A stretch of DNA of 64,000 nucleotides from Macrostomum lignano (Eukaryota): assembly GCA_002269645.1 (NCBI GenBank), contig NIVC01000417.1, positions 1-64,000 on the forward strand, given 5' to 3'. Under the pieces are notes generated by a model. That model ran no database searches, had not been told where the DNA came from, and was given only the letters and a program-made list of their open reading frames with translations. Shown piece after piece: positions 12,101-24,175 of this stretch (position 1 is the first letter of the stretch; the number at the start of each line of letters is the position of its first letter). The position numbers and the translations under genes are program-made.

Positions 12101-14665
12101 GTGAGTACATGCCCTACGATAAGAAATAAAGTGCCGCTGTACACCATGTGTATGCCTGATTTTAAGCATCCGTGTGCGCTTATGCGTCTTCATGTGTCAG
12201 CGAAATGGGCACGTCTTGTTTCCTCCTCAGTGACTGCGGGTCGACTATCAGTTGGAAAAACTCCCTGCGAACAATCAAGCTATTACTATGCCATTACGAA
12301 ACTTTGAAATCTTGTCCGGGAGCACGAGAATTGCCTGCAGAATATTTGGCTAAAACGCAAATCCCCCTCAATGCTTAGTTAAGTCTTAATAAAGATATTT
12401 ACCCGATAAAAACGTTTTGATGGTAACTGTGTATCAAATGCATACTTCACTTGTGGATTTTCCTTTCTATATAGCTCGTACATGCAGGGCTACATCGGTG
12501 AGCTAATAATTCATGCATATGTCATGCCGCTTTTGTCATCTAAATCTCTTTTTAAAAACTTACTTAACATTGGCTGGAAGGGGGGGGTTATGCAGACAAA
12601 ATCTGCCGTGTGACTAAATGCGCTGCCGGAGAAAAGCATTGTGGCCAAATTGCACTGCGGGAAAATCTCGACGGGCAATTCTCATGGACCCATCTTGTCC
12701 TGCGTCGCTGCGTTGCAGCACCTGGTTGCATTTTTACTACTAAAGCAATAAAATACAGGTTTTGAAATGGTCCTTGGTTTTTGTTATTTTCAGGTGTGAA
12801 GTGGAATCTACGCTCGTAAGCTGCCTAACACCTGTAAAGAGTTGCCGTTGCACTTACTGTAACTCCGTGCTCATTGTGCGCCATGATGGTGAGGTCGTAC
12901 ACCCGAACAAGAACTCCAGCAACAAAGACTTTGGCACCGCCGATCAGATCTTGTTGAATATCGACGCTGAAGGCGTACTTGCTTCCAGCGGTGGCGTTGC
13001 AGTTGGCGGCCAGCTGGAAGTCGCAGCGCGAGCCGCCAACCTGATGCGCTCCGTCGAAGGTTACCACGTGGACGTTGCCGAATGCGCTGCAGGCGGCTCC
13101 GGTGCGACAGTTGAAGCCGTCGCCAAAGTAGCCGGTTTTGCACTGGCATTTGTAACTTCCGGGCGTGTTGATGCACTGGGCATTCGGGTCGCAATTGTGC
13201 AGCTTCAGGGCGCACTCGTCGATGTCTGGAAATGAGTCAATTACAGGATGCTCAGCTAGCTTACACATGATCTTTTAAACAACTTTTCAGTCACTATGTT
13301 ATCTATTTAAAGATGCCGGACCTCTATAAATGGCGAAATTGATAACTTGTTGGGCTAGTCGACTAGAAACGCCGAGACATCCAATCCGTCGAAGTAATCA
13401 TCCCGTGTTTTTTTAATTCAAACTCAACGCTGGTGCTTAAGTTGGTAAATAATATTTCTGAGATTTCTTCAGTTTTAAGTTATTGCATACATGCTATTAT
13501 TTGACATCACTTACCAGCTGGGCAAAGGTACGACACTTCGTAGTCGCTGCAACCGGCGGCTTTGTTCTGCGACTTGTCGCACACGATGCCCTCTCGAGAG
13601 CAGGGGGTGGAGAAGTTCTGGCCAGTGGCTGAGGCTGACAGGCCGGTGCCGGCTACTCGGCATTTCCAGTCGATTGGAGAGTTGCAGATTTCGCTGCATA
13701 CCTACAATGGGACGGTATGGACGGCTCTGTCCCTCTGTGATAGTGTCTGTCCGTCTGTGTTAATGTCTGTCCGTCTGTGCTGTGTCTGTCCCTCTGTGCT
13801 AGTGTCTGTCCCTCTGTGCTAGTGTCTGTCCGTCTGTGCTGTGTCTGTCCCTCTGTGCTAGTGTCTGTCCCTCTGTGCTAGTGTCTGTCCGTCTGTGCTG
13901 TGTCTGTCCCTCTGTGCTAGTGTCTGTCCCTCTGTGCTAGTGTCTGTCCGTCTGTGCTGTGTCTGTCCCTCTGTGCTAGTGTCTGTCCCTCTGTGCTAGT
14001 GTCTGTCCGTCTGTGCTGTGTCTGTCCCTCTGTGCTAGTGTCTGTCCGTCTGTGCTGTGTCTGTCCCTCTGTGCTAGTGTCTGTCCGTCTGTGCTGTGTC
14101 TGTCCCTCTGTGCTAGCGTCTGTCCGTCTGTGCTAGTGTCTGTCCGTCTGTGTTAGTTTCTGTCCGTCTGTGATGGTGTCTGTCCGTCTGTGCTAGTGTC
14201 TGTCCGTCTGTGTTAGTGTCTGTCCCTCTGTGATGGTGTCTGTCCGTCTGTGCTAGTGTCTGTCCCTCTGTGCTAGTGTCTGTCCCTCTGTGCTAGTGTC
14301 TGTCCCTCTGTGCTAGTGTCTGTCCCTCTGTGCTAGTGTCTGTCCGTCTGTGCTAGTGTCTGTCCCTCTGTGCTAGTGTCTATCCGTCTGTGCTAGTGTC
14401 TGTCCGTCTGTGCTACGTGTCTGTCCGTCTGTGCTAGTGTCTGTCCATCTGTGCTAGTGTCTGTCCGTCTATGTGAGTGTATTTGCGTTTTATTATCTGC
14501 CTATCCCAGCGCTTGTGTGTTCAGCAAGAGACATCAACACAACCAATAAGCCTGAGCTTACCACTCGAGCAAAGTTGATGTTCTCGTTGTCACCATCGCT
14601 TGGGTCCTTGTCCGAGTTGCAGTAGGCGGTCCATTTTGATTTTGGCGCAATCAAGTCACGCGCAC
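125..14665 (-). CDS. Multi-exon mosaic secreted/mucin-like adhesion protein: WxxW(CysD)-EGF-vWD-C8-TIL-EGFs-3x C-type lectin-EGFs-3x Caspr/neurexin-IV-type fibrinogen-like modules; both ends incomplete
   Basis: Exons in transcript order: 14665-14562, 13701-13515, 13225-12858, 12019-11697, 10117-9840, 9315-8886, 8437-8022, 7595-6974, 6642-6401, 5562-5170, 4504-4394, 4299-4177, 3428-2913, 2546-2447, 1835-1344, 569-125. All introns are GT-AG and phases chain once one missing base at ~3112 is restored (~1,717 aa). Motifs: [17 protein letters not shown]...[10 protein letters not shown] (WxxW); DIDEC EGF-Ca; [14 protein letters not shown]...CGLCGNSDG (vWD); WIGLQ...[15 protein letters not shown] (CTL); IDPDGTGPL...VTC and CLCG...C...CNCN (Caspr-like). 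The signal-peptide exon was not found. A GTAAGA donor at 124 suggests the gene continues left of the window. Confidence 0.9.
651..912. repeat. 11-bp minisatellite (GGGTATCATCA) in an intron
   Basis: Tandem GGGTATCATCA/GAGTATCATCA/GGATATCATTA units; accounts for the spurious 652-1035 ORF. Confidence 0.9.
4720..5030. repeat. 34-bp minisatellite, ~9 copies, intronic
   Basis: AACTCTTACAACCTACTCAAACTAAACCTCAGTC recurs at 4733, 4767 and onward. Confidence 0.9.
8605..8760. repeat. 12-bp minisatellite (GGAGACGGACGT/GGAGATGGACTT), intronic
   Basis: Degenerate tandem 12-mers between exons 8886 and 8437. Confidence 0.75.
10288..11425. repeat. 15-bp GC-rich minisatellite (CCCCTGGTGCTGGCG / CCCCTGGTGCTAAAG), ~75 copies, intronic
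   Basis: Lies inside the phase-2 intron 11696-10118 that joins vWD (..QSNS-N) to C8 (CKKEEISRP..). The unit length is a multiple of 3, which explains the long low-complexity ORFs in several frames. Confidence 0.95.
13720..14475. repeat. 20/18-bp minisatellite (GTGTCTGTCCCTCTGTGCTA), intronic
   Basis: Tandem units with CCC/CCG variants between the two WxxW exons. Confidence 0.9.
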
Positions 14666-16025
14666 CTGTACAATTAAAAGAATAAAAATGTGTGACAGTA
14701 AGTGTGTGAAGGCTATACCATAGGACCATGCAGTGTACTGATCTAGCGCAAAGTGGGCCATGGGAGAATATTGGAGGCTGGGCATTTTGCTCAGCGAGCC
14801 ACTCAGCGATTGCAAGATCCAATCGAAGTCCATCGGATGCAGAACGGAGCCTGAAATTTGAAATCGGGGTGTTCAACCTAGGAGCCGAAAATTTCTTCGT
14901 CACTGTCTGGTGAATTCAGTTGGTTGAGACACTGGCGCAAAAGTTATAATGCTAGAGAGGAATGGTAGCAGCAGGATAAAATCCCTAACTTTTGACGTGT
15001 CCCGCCCCCCTCCTCCGCTGATTCGCCCCCTTTCTGCCGATAGCAGATTGCATGCTGAGCTCAGCAACTTGCAGCTTAGGCAGAATCCACCGTCTTAGCT
15101 GCACGTGTTGCACCGTCTTTAATCCTAACTGATCCTCGACTGCGTTCTTCCATGCACCTGTTGCAGCTGAGTATTTTGCCTTTCAAGGATTTCTCCTCTA
15201 TAAGAAACATCGACTCCTAAGCGGATTAGACAGAATGAAAGAAGTGGAAGATTAATCAACTGCTGTGCTACTGAGTGCAGAATAGGCTTTAAAGTCTGAT
15301 TGGTATGCCAAGAGCGGCGCCACTGTCGCCGGGTCCGCAACTACGCAATTTTTTCTTTATTCTATTTTTGTTAGGATAAATCCTCGCGCTAAGAAAAGAA
15401 TTGTAAATTGATTTAGCGAGATTAATAATAACGTTTGAGTAGAGGAAAATTGAATCATAAATAAGTTTTTCCTCAAGATTTTCGCAAATGCACCTTGACA
15501 TTCTGGCATACTTTTTGAGTCTGTGCACTTTAGAATGAAATGTGTTTGACAGGTTTTTTGGTCTTTCAGAAGATGACGGCCTCAATTTATCAGTTGTCGG
15601 CATTTAATTTGGGACTGGCTTACTCTGCATCGAATACTACTGACACAGCTACAGTTAAGTAATGAGTTATCATATTTTGACTGATGCAAATTAGAAAGAT
15701 TCTACCCTTGCGCGGCCAGTATAGTTTGTACTGCAGAGTAAATGCACAATGCTCGTCAGTAGTCAGCAAAATGAACAGTGTGTCGAGATGAAATTCCTTC
15801 ACTTTATATATTTTTAATATTTCAATTCTTCTTAGCGCGAGTGCCTGCTCACAAAAATGAAGATCTCTCAATGAACACGCACACTTTGTGCAAGAAGAGC
15901 TAGATGCATACAGATGGTAACAACTGTACAAAAGACTAGGCAAAGCATCGAAAAGCAGACACACACAAACTGCATTCCCACTTGATTTGGTTTCACAGAA
16001 GCTCTCCACACGGCACTAAAAGGCA

Positions 16026-17237
16026 ATGGAAGTATTTAAAGAGGCTTGGTACTCCATCGATCTAGAAGCCAAGGGATCAATCAACGCGGAAGATTTGGCG
16101 GTCTATATGCGCAAGAATAACTACGAAGAAGCGTTTGTGAAGGTGCGGTGCAACTATAATGAGACGTGAAATTGCATTTTTGAAGTATTCAATACTAAGC
16201 ACTTGGTCTTCTGTTGCTTTACAGAAATGGATGGCCATATTTGATCAGGACAATTCGGGTACTATTGAACTCGAAGAGTACTGCGAAGTTCTGGGACTCA
16301 ATGAGAAGGAAATGTGCGTTAAAAGATTGTGACCTCGAGGCTTTTTGAGCTAATTCTCTTTTTGTCTTGTTTGAGAAACATTTAATGAAAATTTAAATAT
16401 AGATAAACTACATCATCCCGGTCCGGGAAGAGGTTGGTCTCTGACCACGAGATCCCGATTGAGGTTGGTGCCTAACCACAAGGTCCCGATTGAGGTTGCT
16501 GCCTGACCACAAGGTCCCAATTGAGGTTTGTGCCTGACCACAAGGGTGCTCAGTCATGTGATGCCTCGACATTCCACAAAAATCGCTTGATGATGTTGCT
16601 CATTCAAAAGCCACTCATTGACGTACATTGCTCTGGACAGGAATCGAATAAAAATTAGTTCGGGCTCTATTTAATCGGGATGGTCGTCTGAACAAATAAA
16701 AATGTTAAAAGTAGAATTTTGCTGGCGCATACATGTATAACGTACATATGGTGCTCTCATTACATGTATACTACATTAAATACGCTTATAATAACATATA
16801 ATAAGAACTAGCACGTTGTCGCATTAATTTGGCTATATGAAACAGGATGGAAGAGACTCGTCTTCGAGCCAAGGCAACCGGCATGCCTGAAGGTGTGGAG
16901 TACATTGCTGGCGACATGTCGGAGGAGCGACAGATCGATATTGCCAGGCTCTGCATTGAAGCGTTGGAGAAGCACTCTAGCTTGAAGGTAGGAAAATGGA
17001 AACACACAAGGAAGAAGATTAGATCACACAAAAAACTCTGAAATCGAGAAACTTTCTGCATTGCAGGAAGTCCCAAAGTGGGTGAAGCTCGAGGCTGACA
17101 AGCAATTCGATCGAGTCTGGCACGTGTTAGCTATTCGCGGCCAGTTCTGGTGCTACTTTGGTTTCGAGCCTGAAACCTCGTACGTGTTTAGGTACAAGAG
17201 GAACGTGTTCATCATCTGGAAGACGCCGAGAAATTAG
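16026..17237 (+). CDS. Tegumental allergen-like (TAL) protein: EF-hand pair + dynein light chain-like domain, 172 aa
   Basis: Exons 16026-16142, 16225-16313, 16846-16987, 17067-17237 (519 nt, GT-AG, phases 0/2/0). MEVFKEAWYSIDLEAKGSINAEDL...KWMAIFDQDNSGTIELEEYCEVLG (EF hands), then IAGDMSEERQ...KQFDRVWHVLAIRGQFWCYFGFEPETSYVFRYKRNVFIIWKTP (DLC-like). Confidence 0.9.
16425..16545. repeat. 31-bp tandem repeat, ~4 copies, in TAL intron 2
   Basis: GATTGAGGTTGGTGCCTAACCACAAGGTCCC at 16457, 16488 and onward. Confidence 0.8.
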
Positions 17238-18085
17238 TTTTAAAGAAAGTTTCTGCCCACATAAAGAAGCTAAAAAACGCACTTATTATTATTATCAAAT
17301 CTTGGAACTACTATTGGTTTTGTTTATTTAGCACCACTTTTGAAGTCAAGTTGGCTAGAAAATTGAGCAAATCTTGATTTTTTCATGCTCCAAACACAGG
17401 AGTTTGAAGTTTTAAACTCTCCCTTCGTCATTTTTGTTTTATTGAAAATTCAGTTTAATGCTTGGTTTGATTAGCTCCAAAGGCTAGTCCAAGGCGTGTG
17501 TGAACGTTGTTTACGCACTAGAAAAATAAACGAGCGAACAGAGGAGTGTATTAAGCCACACAAAAAGATCTTAGCTGGCATAAACAGATCTGGAAAATAA
17601 CACGCGCAACTATTAACAGTAGAATGGCTGTGACAAGAGTGAATGCTTTATTGCGCTTAGGGTGAAAGTTGATAAGGTCAAAATAGTACATCTTGGAGAC
17701 AATATCCACTAGATTTAACAGATATCTCGTAAAAATTAGTCGATAATAATTTAGGAATGAAGTTTAACTTAGTCTTAAATTTTAATGCACGGAAGATTTG
17801 ACAATCTAGTTGTAGACTAGGAATACAGTCTACATAATACAGAATACAGTCTGTTAATTAGTTGTTAGTTGTTAGTTGTTGTTAGTTACTAACAACTAAC
17901 AACTTACTGTTGTAAGTTGTTAGTTAAACAACTATCATTTACCAAAAAACAACTCGAGCGGATAGGTCGGTCCAAGAACAATAAACGATTCGATGAAAGG
18001 GAAAAAAGCACCTTTCTTCCAAATCAAAACAATCAGCAAGTGTCAAGAAAAGTCTGTCAGCTCCCGATTGAAGCAAATCCTAAAT

Positions 18086-20118
18086 CTACTGCTCGACCAA
18101 TTTAGCACCAACGTTACTCTTGAGTAGAGCGCAAGCTCGAGCCCGCAGCGCCTTGCGCTTGGCGAACAGTTTGCTGCGGGACTCGATTAGCTGAGCCAGC
18201 AATTTGCGCAGAGAAACGACAGACTTGAGACGCAACTGGCTGCGACGTCTAAATTAAATGCATGTAGATTGGGTGATTTTTTAAAAAACTCTTTTGACAC
18301 AGCAAAGTGAGTCAAGAAGGAGTCGTGACTACTTCTTAATAATAGTAGTACACCTTAGTAAATCAATACCAATATCATTGCGAATTATATTAGAAAGGAA
18401 TATTATTCTTGGTTAGAGTTTAGGATTGATTTCAAAAAGAGATTTTAAACAACTAGCTAGCAGTGCTATCAGCTACTGCCACCATAAAAGACCTAACTAA
18501 ATTAGATATAAAAAAACATTAAAAGATACCATTTTTTAGTTTAAACTTTAAAGGAATGTGAAAGTTCTAATAAAAGTAAAGACAATGTTAATTTATATGG
18601 AATTATGTCAGTAGTTCCAATTTTTATATAAATTGACTCAGTAGAATCTTTTAATAAAAGCAAGCATTGCAAGTAAGTACTCAGATTTTTAAAACTTCTT
18701 TAAAAATAATATTTAATATTTGATTGAAGTCAATTCATATTAAATGCATCACTTTTTTATAACAAAAAATTATAGTAGATTTATTGCCTACATGCATGCT
18801 ACCAATGCCTAAGTATCTTTATGTGAATAATTAGATTAGAAAGAATCAAACAATTAAACAAAAGAATGTATGTACTAATATTATTTGTACTGTACTACTA
18901 CTGTACTACTACTACTGTACTATACTCTACTACTACTAGAATTGTACTACTACTACTGAAAGGTGTACTACTATTTTATATCCAGTTATACAATACTGCC
19001 ATTAGAATTTCAGGCTTTATAAAAATTAGCTAGCAAGCCCACTAAGTCTTCTTGCTAACAAGTGTATTCAGCACTGTTACTTGTTCTTAGATATAGCTAA
19101 AACTGCAGTGGCTGATTCTGAACAATATTTTATGCCTCATCTAATAAATGTTAAGGGAAAGGTTTGAAGTTAACCTACCTACCTAAGAGGGACAAGTTAT
19201 AACATAAAATAAGTGCACAATCAAGACTGAAAGAGTATTTTTGTTCTCAGGATTACAGGAAAAGTCAACCCTGCACTCGACCTAGCAACACACAAATATA
19301 TATTTAACAAAGTTTATTAATAAGTATACTAATGTTCCACAATATACTCAAGAAAATAGTTGCTATCAAAAATAAATAAAACGTAACTAAATTACATACT
19401 TTTGCTAGTATTAAAAGCTGATAAATAGCGCGCAACTTACAAAAACTTCTCATAGCACTTCTTGTATGACAGGGCAACGTTTGATTGATAACTTTTTGCT
19501 AGTTGCCTCCGCCGCAGCGTCACCTACAATGATAATTTGTGAAGACAAGTTCGTTCGTAGAAGTGGTAATGTATGCTGTATAATATATAAACTTTTATAT
19601 TATTTACTTTGCTAAACTTCTTCGAAAAGAGTAGGTTCATTTGAAATTCCTCGAGAGAATATTTGACTTCAAACTGTCGAGACTATTATTCACGTACAAA
19701 TTTTTTTACTTTGAGCACGCGTCAGAGCGAAACTATAGGACTTTTAAATAAAAAATTATCAAATCGCATTTACTTCATTAAAATTCAGAACCGAATTTTA
19801 AGGTCCTAAATTATTATATTTATATCTATTTTGCAACACAAATTAGGATTTTATAGTTAAATAAATACGAACTAGTCAGTATTTGTTATATTGATTTGAA
19901 AGAATTAAACGTAACCCGCAGTTTTGCTACACACAGCAGAAAATGGCTCAAAGCGTGTTTATCTAGACATTAACCTACCACCACAAGTAACGCATGTTGG
20001 CAATATACTAAATTCGAGTCTCGTAAGCTCACAAGCTCTTTTAAAAACTAGTAACTAGTGCAGTAACTTTTTGAGGGATGACCACTGGGGATCGGCTACG
20101 TACCGCGCTCGCTTCCAT
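18086..20118 (-). CDS. Small basic uncharacterised protein (~86 aa), 3 exons; first exon tentative
   Basis: Exon 19523-19441 (VTLRRRQLAKSYQSNVALSYKKCYEKF) splices in phase 2 (GTAAGT...TTTAG) to 18248-18086 (LRRSQLRLKSVVSLRKLL...KLVEQ*). A candidate first exon 20118-20104 (MEASA, donor GTACGT) is in phase 0. The exons are GC-richer islands in AT-rich DNA. Confidence 0.55.
18880..18975. repeat. (TAC)n-like microsatellite
   Basis: Imperfect TACTAC runs. Confidence 0.7.
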
Positions 20119-22308
20119 GCATGGCTCTTGATTTTTTTGAGAAGACCACAAAAATTTATCCCTCATCCCCTTTTGACCAACTCCAAGCCACTGTAAGAAA
20201 GATGCCCACAGTCGTATTTTGATTAGAAAATAACGCAGTAGTTAGGAGTCTGTGACAGGTGAAATCCATTTTTTAGAAATAGAAAATATATGAAACAGAC
20301 ATTTTTTAAATTGCTTCTCAAGACGCTTTTCTGTGTCAACGTGCGCGCTACATGTACATGTACATGTAAATTCTCATACATTCCGTCGGTGTAAGTGAAA
20401 AATCAATTCGCTAGCGAATTTTTCGTCGAAGTATGTCAAGAACGTCGCGGATGCACATTGGCGCGCGCGAAGGATCGAAATTCAAATTTTCATGAGTAGT
20501 AGTCGGCGGCAGCTAATTATATAGCTGATTTACAAAGAGAAGCTTAGTGTCTACCATAAATACTAGGGTAATAAGTAAAACAAATGTCACTGATATCCAA
20601 CTAACTAACTCTAAAACTTTGTAGTGATGAGGACGCATCTTTTTGCAATCTTAAAACCGCACATTTCGCTTCGATGCGCTTTTCCCCTACTGTCAGTAGG
20701 CAGTCAGTACAGCTACTGACAATAGGGGAAAGCTACAGCTGGAGAGAGATTCCACTGTCAGTAGGAATCTCTCTCCATTCTCTCATCCAGGCTAATTTCT
20801 ACACTAATTTATGCCATCACTATTAATTATGATAAATACTCAATGTACTTCTCTTTTGGATTTTGGATTGTTTACGCATCTTTGAAGGTCAGACTGTCTG
20901 GGTTTGAGACGGATTGACCTCTAGCAGTCTAGACGGGCGACACTAGTCTGGGAGGAATGGTTTCAACCCCATTCTGACCCCCAGATTTGCGGCTTTTTCA
21001 CTGTTTTCAGTGAATTATGGCGGTCTAGCTAGCTGTCACTTTTGGCTCCAGCCTGGGTCAAAGAGCTCTTTCCAGCTTTCTCCCCACTTGCTCTGTTACT
21101 TTCTCTTTTAATTTATGAGTGTTTTGCTGTCACTTTTGGCGCCAGGATGTCTAGACTAGTGACTTTTATTATGTTTTGCGCATGATTTATGACCGCACCT
21201 GTCAGCTTCCCTGGGGTCTGAAGGCCACCTGGTGGGGTGGGTTTTGGGGTCTTGAGCTCAGCCAATCAGAGTCGACCTGACTGCCCCCTGACTGCTGGCT
21301 GTTTAGTGAGAGGCTCTCTTGACCTGCTTAACTGGGTGCGCCCTTTATCTGACCCCTTCCTAGGTAGTCTGATAGGATTTGCACTTTTGCTTTTGTGTGC
21401 CAAACTCGAGGCAGAAGTGTCAGTCAATATTAAAAGTAGCCATTCGCTCTAACTCAATCTAAAGTGTCTAGGATTGCGGATTAAGTGAGAAAGTCAAATC
21501 TGGAAGTTAAAGACTTAATGTTTTCTTTCTTTTTCGCAATGCCAGCTGAGATGAGTGGCTAGATCTAGGGGAAGAGGTCACAGTGGACCAGAAGCGGCGC
21601 AGTTCCCAGTCAATCAGTCGTTCTCAGAAATCATGATAACCGTGCGAATTAAGTGCCAGACTGGCGCCTTCGCGTGGTCTCAGGCAGCTAAGCGGCTAAA
21701 ACGAGATAAATATTAGTCAGAAGGTCTCCAAAAGTAACAATACATCTACATCATCGCTATCTGTCGACGTGTTAACACATTTAGTGCCAAAAGCGTGCAG
21801 TTGCGTGTACTTATACATGTACTTCTGGGAATTTGGTAATGAAATAGTACATTTAGTAGTGTATAGAGGCTCGCCAGCGCAAGAACCCCCTGCAGAAGTC
21901 CTCTCTGTCCCTGCATGGCCAATGCGATCTTGGTCCCAGCAGCGTCCCTTCTATTCGGCTATGATTTCTAGATTTAGACAGCTAAAAGGCACTAGATGGC
22001 AGGTAAGTGCAGTGCCCCTCTAGTCGGAAGTCCGATTTCGATAGCTCCGGTATGGTGAGCCGGGGCGCACGGACTGGTGGCAGCGGGTTAGATAATTTGC
22101 GGATTAGCTAATCTCTTCCTTTCAAATTCTCCCCCCCTCCCTGCTTGTCTCTCGCTGTCTTTTCTTAGCTATAGGACCTTGCTGCTCGCCCACAGTCTAG
22201 CTACCATGGGGCTGACTATCTGACAGGAGTGAGAGGCCAGAGTTCTAAGTGATTCATTTCTGAGTTCTGAGGCCCGAAGCTATAGGCTTAAAAAGGCCGA
22301 ACCCATCA

Positions 22309-23662
22309 GTAGCATGTCCTTTTAACTTAATCACAGCATTGCACCGCCTAGGCAAGCTGTCCACCAGCTTCTGGCACACTTCTGCCGGGATGGCAGTCCA
22401 CGAGTCCTCAATATGATGCGGTACAGCTGATAAAGGGAAGCTGACTGGCTGCTGCCTCTGGATGTCCCGCTCGACCCAGTTCCATAGATTCTCAATCGGG
22501 TTGAGGTCTCTGGAGACTGCGCTGGCCAGTCCACGGTGCAGCTGTTGTTCTCAGAAAGCCATGCCTTCACAACCTTTGAGGCGTGCTTCGGATCGTTGTC
22601 CTGCTGAAACTGGCAGCTGTTCACTGCACCCAGTGAAAGCGCATCTGCTGCCTCTGGTAGGTGGCTGCTGAGAATGTCACGGTACTTCTGACTGTCCATG
22701 ATGCCTTCAATGCGAGTTATTGGCCCAGGTCCAGCTCTGGAGAATGCAGCCCACACCATGACATTGCCACCTCCATGCTTCATGGTACCAACGGTGCACC
22801 TGGGATCGAATTCCTCACCAGCTCGGCGGCGCACATACCGGCGGCCATCAGAACCAGTGCGAGAAAACTTGCTATCGTCACTCCAGATGACCTTGGCCCA
22901 GTCCTGGGGTGTCCAGCTTGCATGCTCCTTCGCCCAGTTCAAGCGCCGCTTCCGGTTTTTGTTGGAGATAAATGGTTTCTTCCTAGCAATCCGGCCATGC
23001 AGTCCAGCAGCCACCAGACGGTGGCGGACAGTCATGGGGTGCAGCTGGACACCACTGGACACCTGAAGTTCACGGCTGATGTCCACAGCGGTGAGCCGAC
23101 GGTTGGACTCGGACTCGCACAATGCGGCGATCCAGTCGGTGGTCAGTTTTCGGCGCCCTGCCATGCAGGTCTTGAGGCATAGCCTGTGCTCCCAGTGCTG
23201 CTGTGGCGCCTGACTGCTTGCTGGACGCACGTTTTTTGACTTTTCCAGCTGCGTGGCTTTGGCACGCTGGGAAACTCCTTGGTCGAACAGGACCTTGATT
23301 TTCCTACAAGAATCAGGCGATAGAGCTCTGCTTTTCTCCGTTTCAGAGATAATTTTTTGCTTGGAGTAGTGTAGAATCACATGTTTTGAACTTGCAGAAT
23401 CAGCAGGGCCACTTTTATAGCACATTTTAACCCAATTGATTAAGTGGTCTTATTACTGTGTAACTTATCGATCAAATTCGAAATTGAGACAAGGGACTCC
23501 AATTGAACACACTCAATTGCGAGTAATCACCCAACACATCATTTATTTAACTGATTGATACCGTGGTTATCTATAAAACTGATTAGATTATAATGCTCTC
23601 AAGGTTATGAAATTGAAAGTTCGAATTTGTGTTAGTTGGTCTTAATTCATTGTGCGCCACTG
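22309..23662 (-). mobile_element. Degenerate Tc1 (DD34E) transposon, one terminus only
   Basis: WAKVIWSDDSKF, MVWAAFS, FQQDNDPKH, WPAQSP[+2 nt]DLNPIENLW, with 34 residues between the second D and the E. A 2-nt insertion at ~22508 shifts the frame. The terminus TA|CAGTGGCGCACAATGAATTAAG is at 23662-23664. The C-terminus stops at GHAT (22309) and the other TIR was not found. Confidence 0.9.
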
Positions 23663-24175
23663 TATATAGACTAATATTTTACAAGGGTCAGGGCCCGGGC
23701 ATGGCGACTCCAGAGAATGCACAGCGCTGAATGGGGTTTTACCATTGACAAACTCGGTCTACTACTGATCTAGTGATTACTAATCTAAATAGGCTATCGA
23801 TACAAATATATGTTCATTATCGGCCTCCAGCTCATTTCTTAGAAAACTAAATATACAGCGTCCCTCTGCATCAGTTGGATAATATGCCACGCCACTGTAC
23901 AACAGATATTCTCTAAAGATGCGCATGAAGTTCCAAATCGTTTTGTCAAATTTTGTGATGCATTTTGAATGACAGCTTAGAGAAGCGTCTATAATAATTT
24001 TTTTGTAATTAGACATGTAGAAAAGTCTCCAGCTCAGGTTAATGATTTCATGAATCAGCACTTGTTGTCGTGCGAAAAAGCGCATAGTGAAGCTAAGGAC
24101 GTTCCTACATGTGTAAGATTTTCCGACTTACCTGTAATTTTTACCAACCCTATTCGTTTTCGACGCAGCTAAAAG

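Noticed and set aside
14670-15340. Signal-peptide first exon for the mosaic gene
   Set aside because: I found no ATG-hydrophobic segment with a phase-1 donor. The in-frame upstream stretch resembles a polypyrimidine tract.
23780-24135. 101-aa minus-strand ORF and a CAG|GTAAG donor divergent from the ankyrin gene
   Set aside because: No recognisable domain and AT-rich composition; at most a non-coding divergent transcript.
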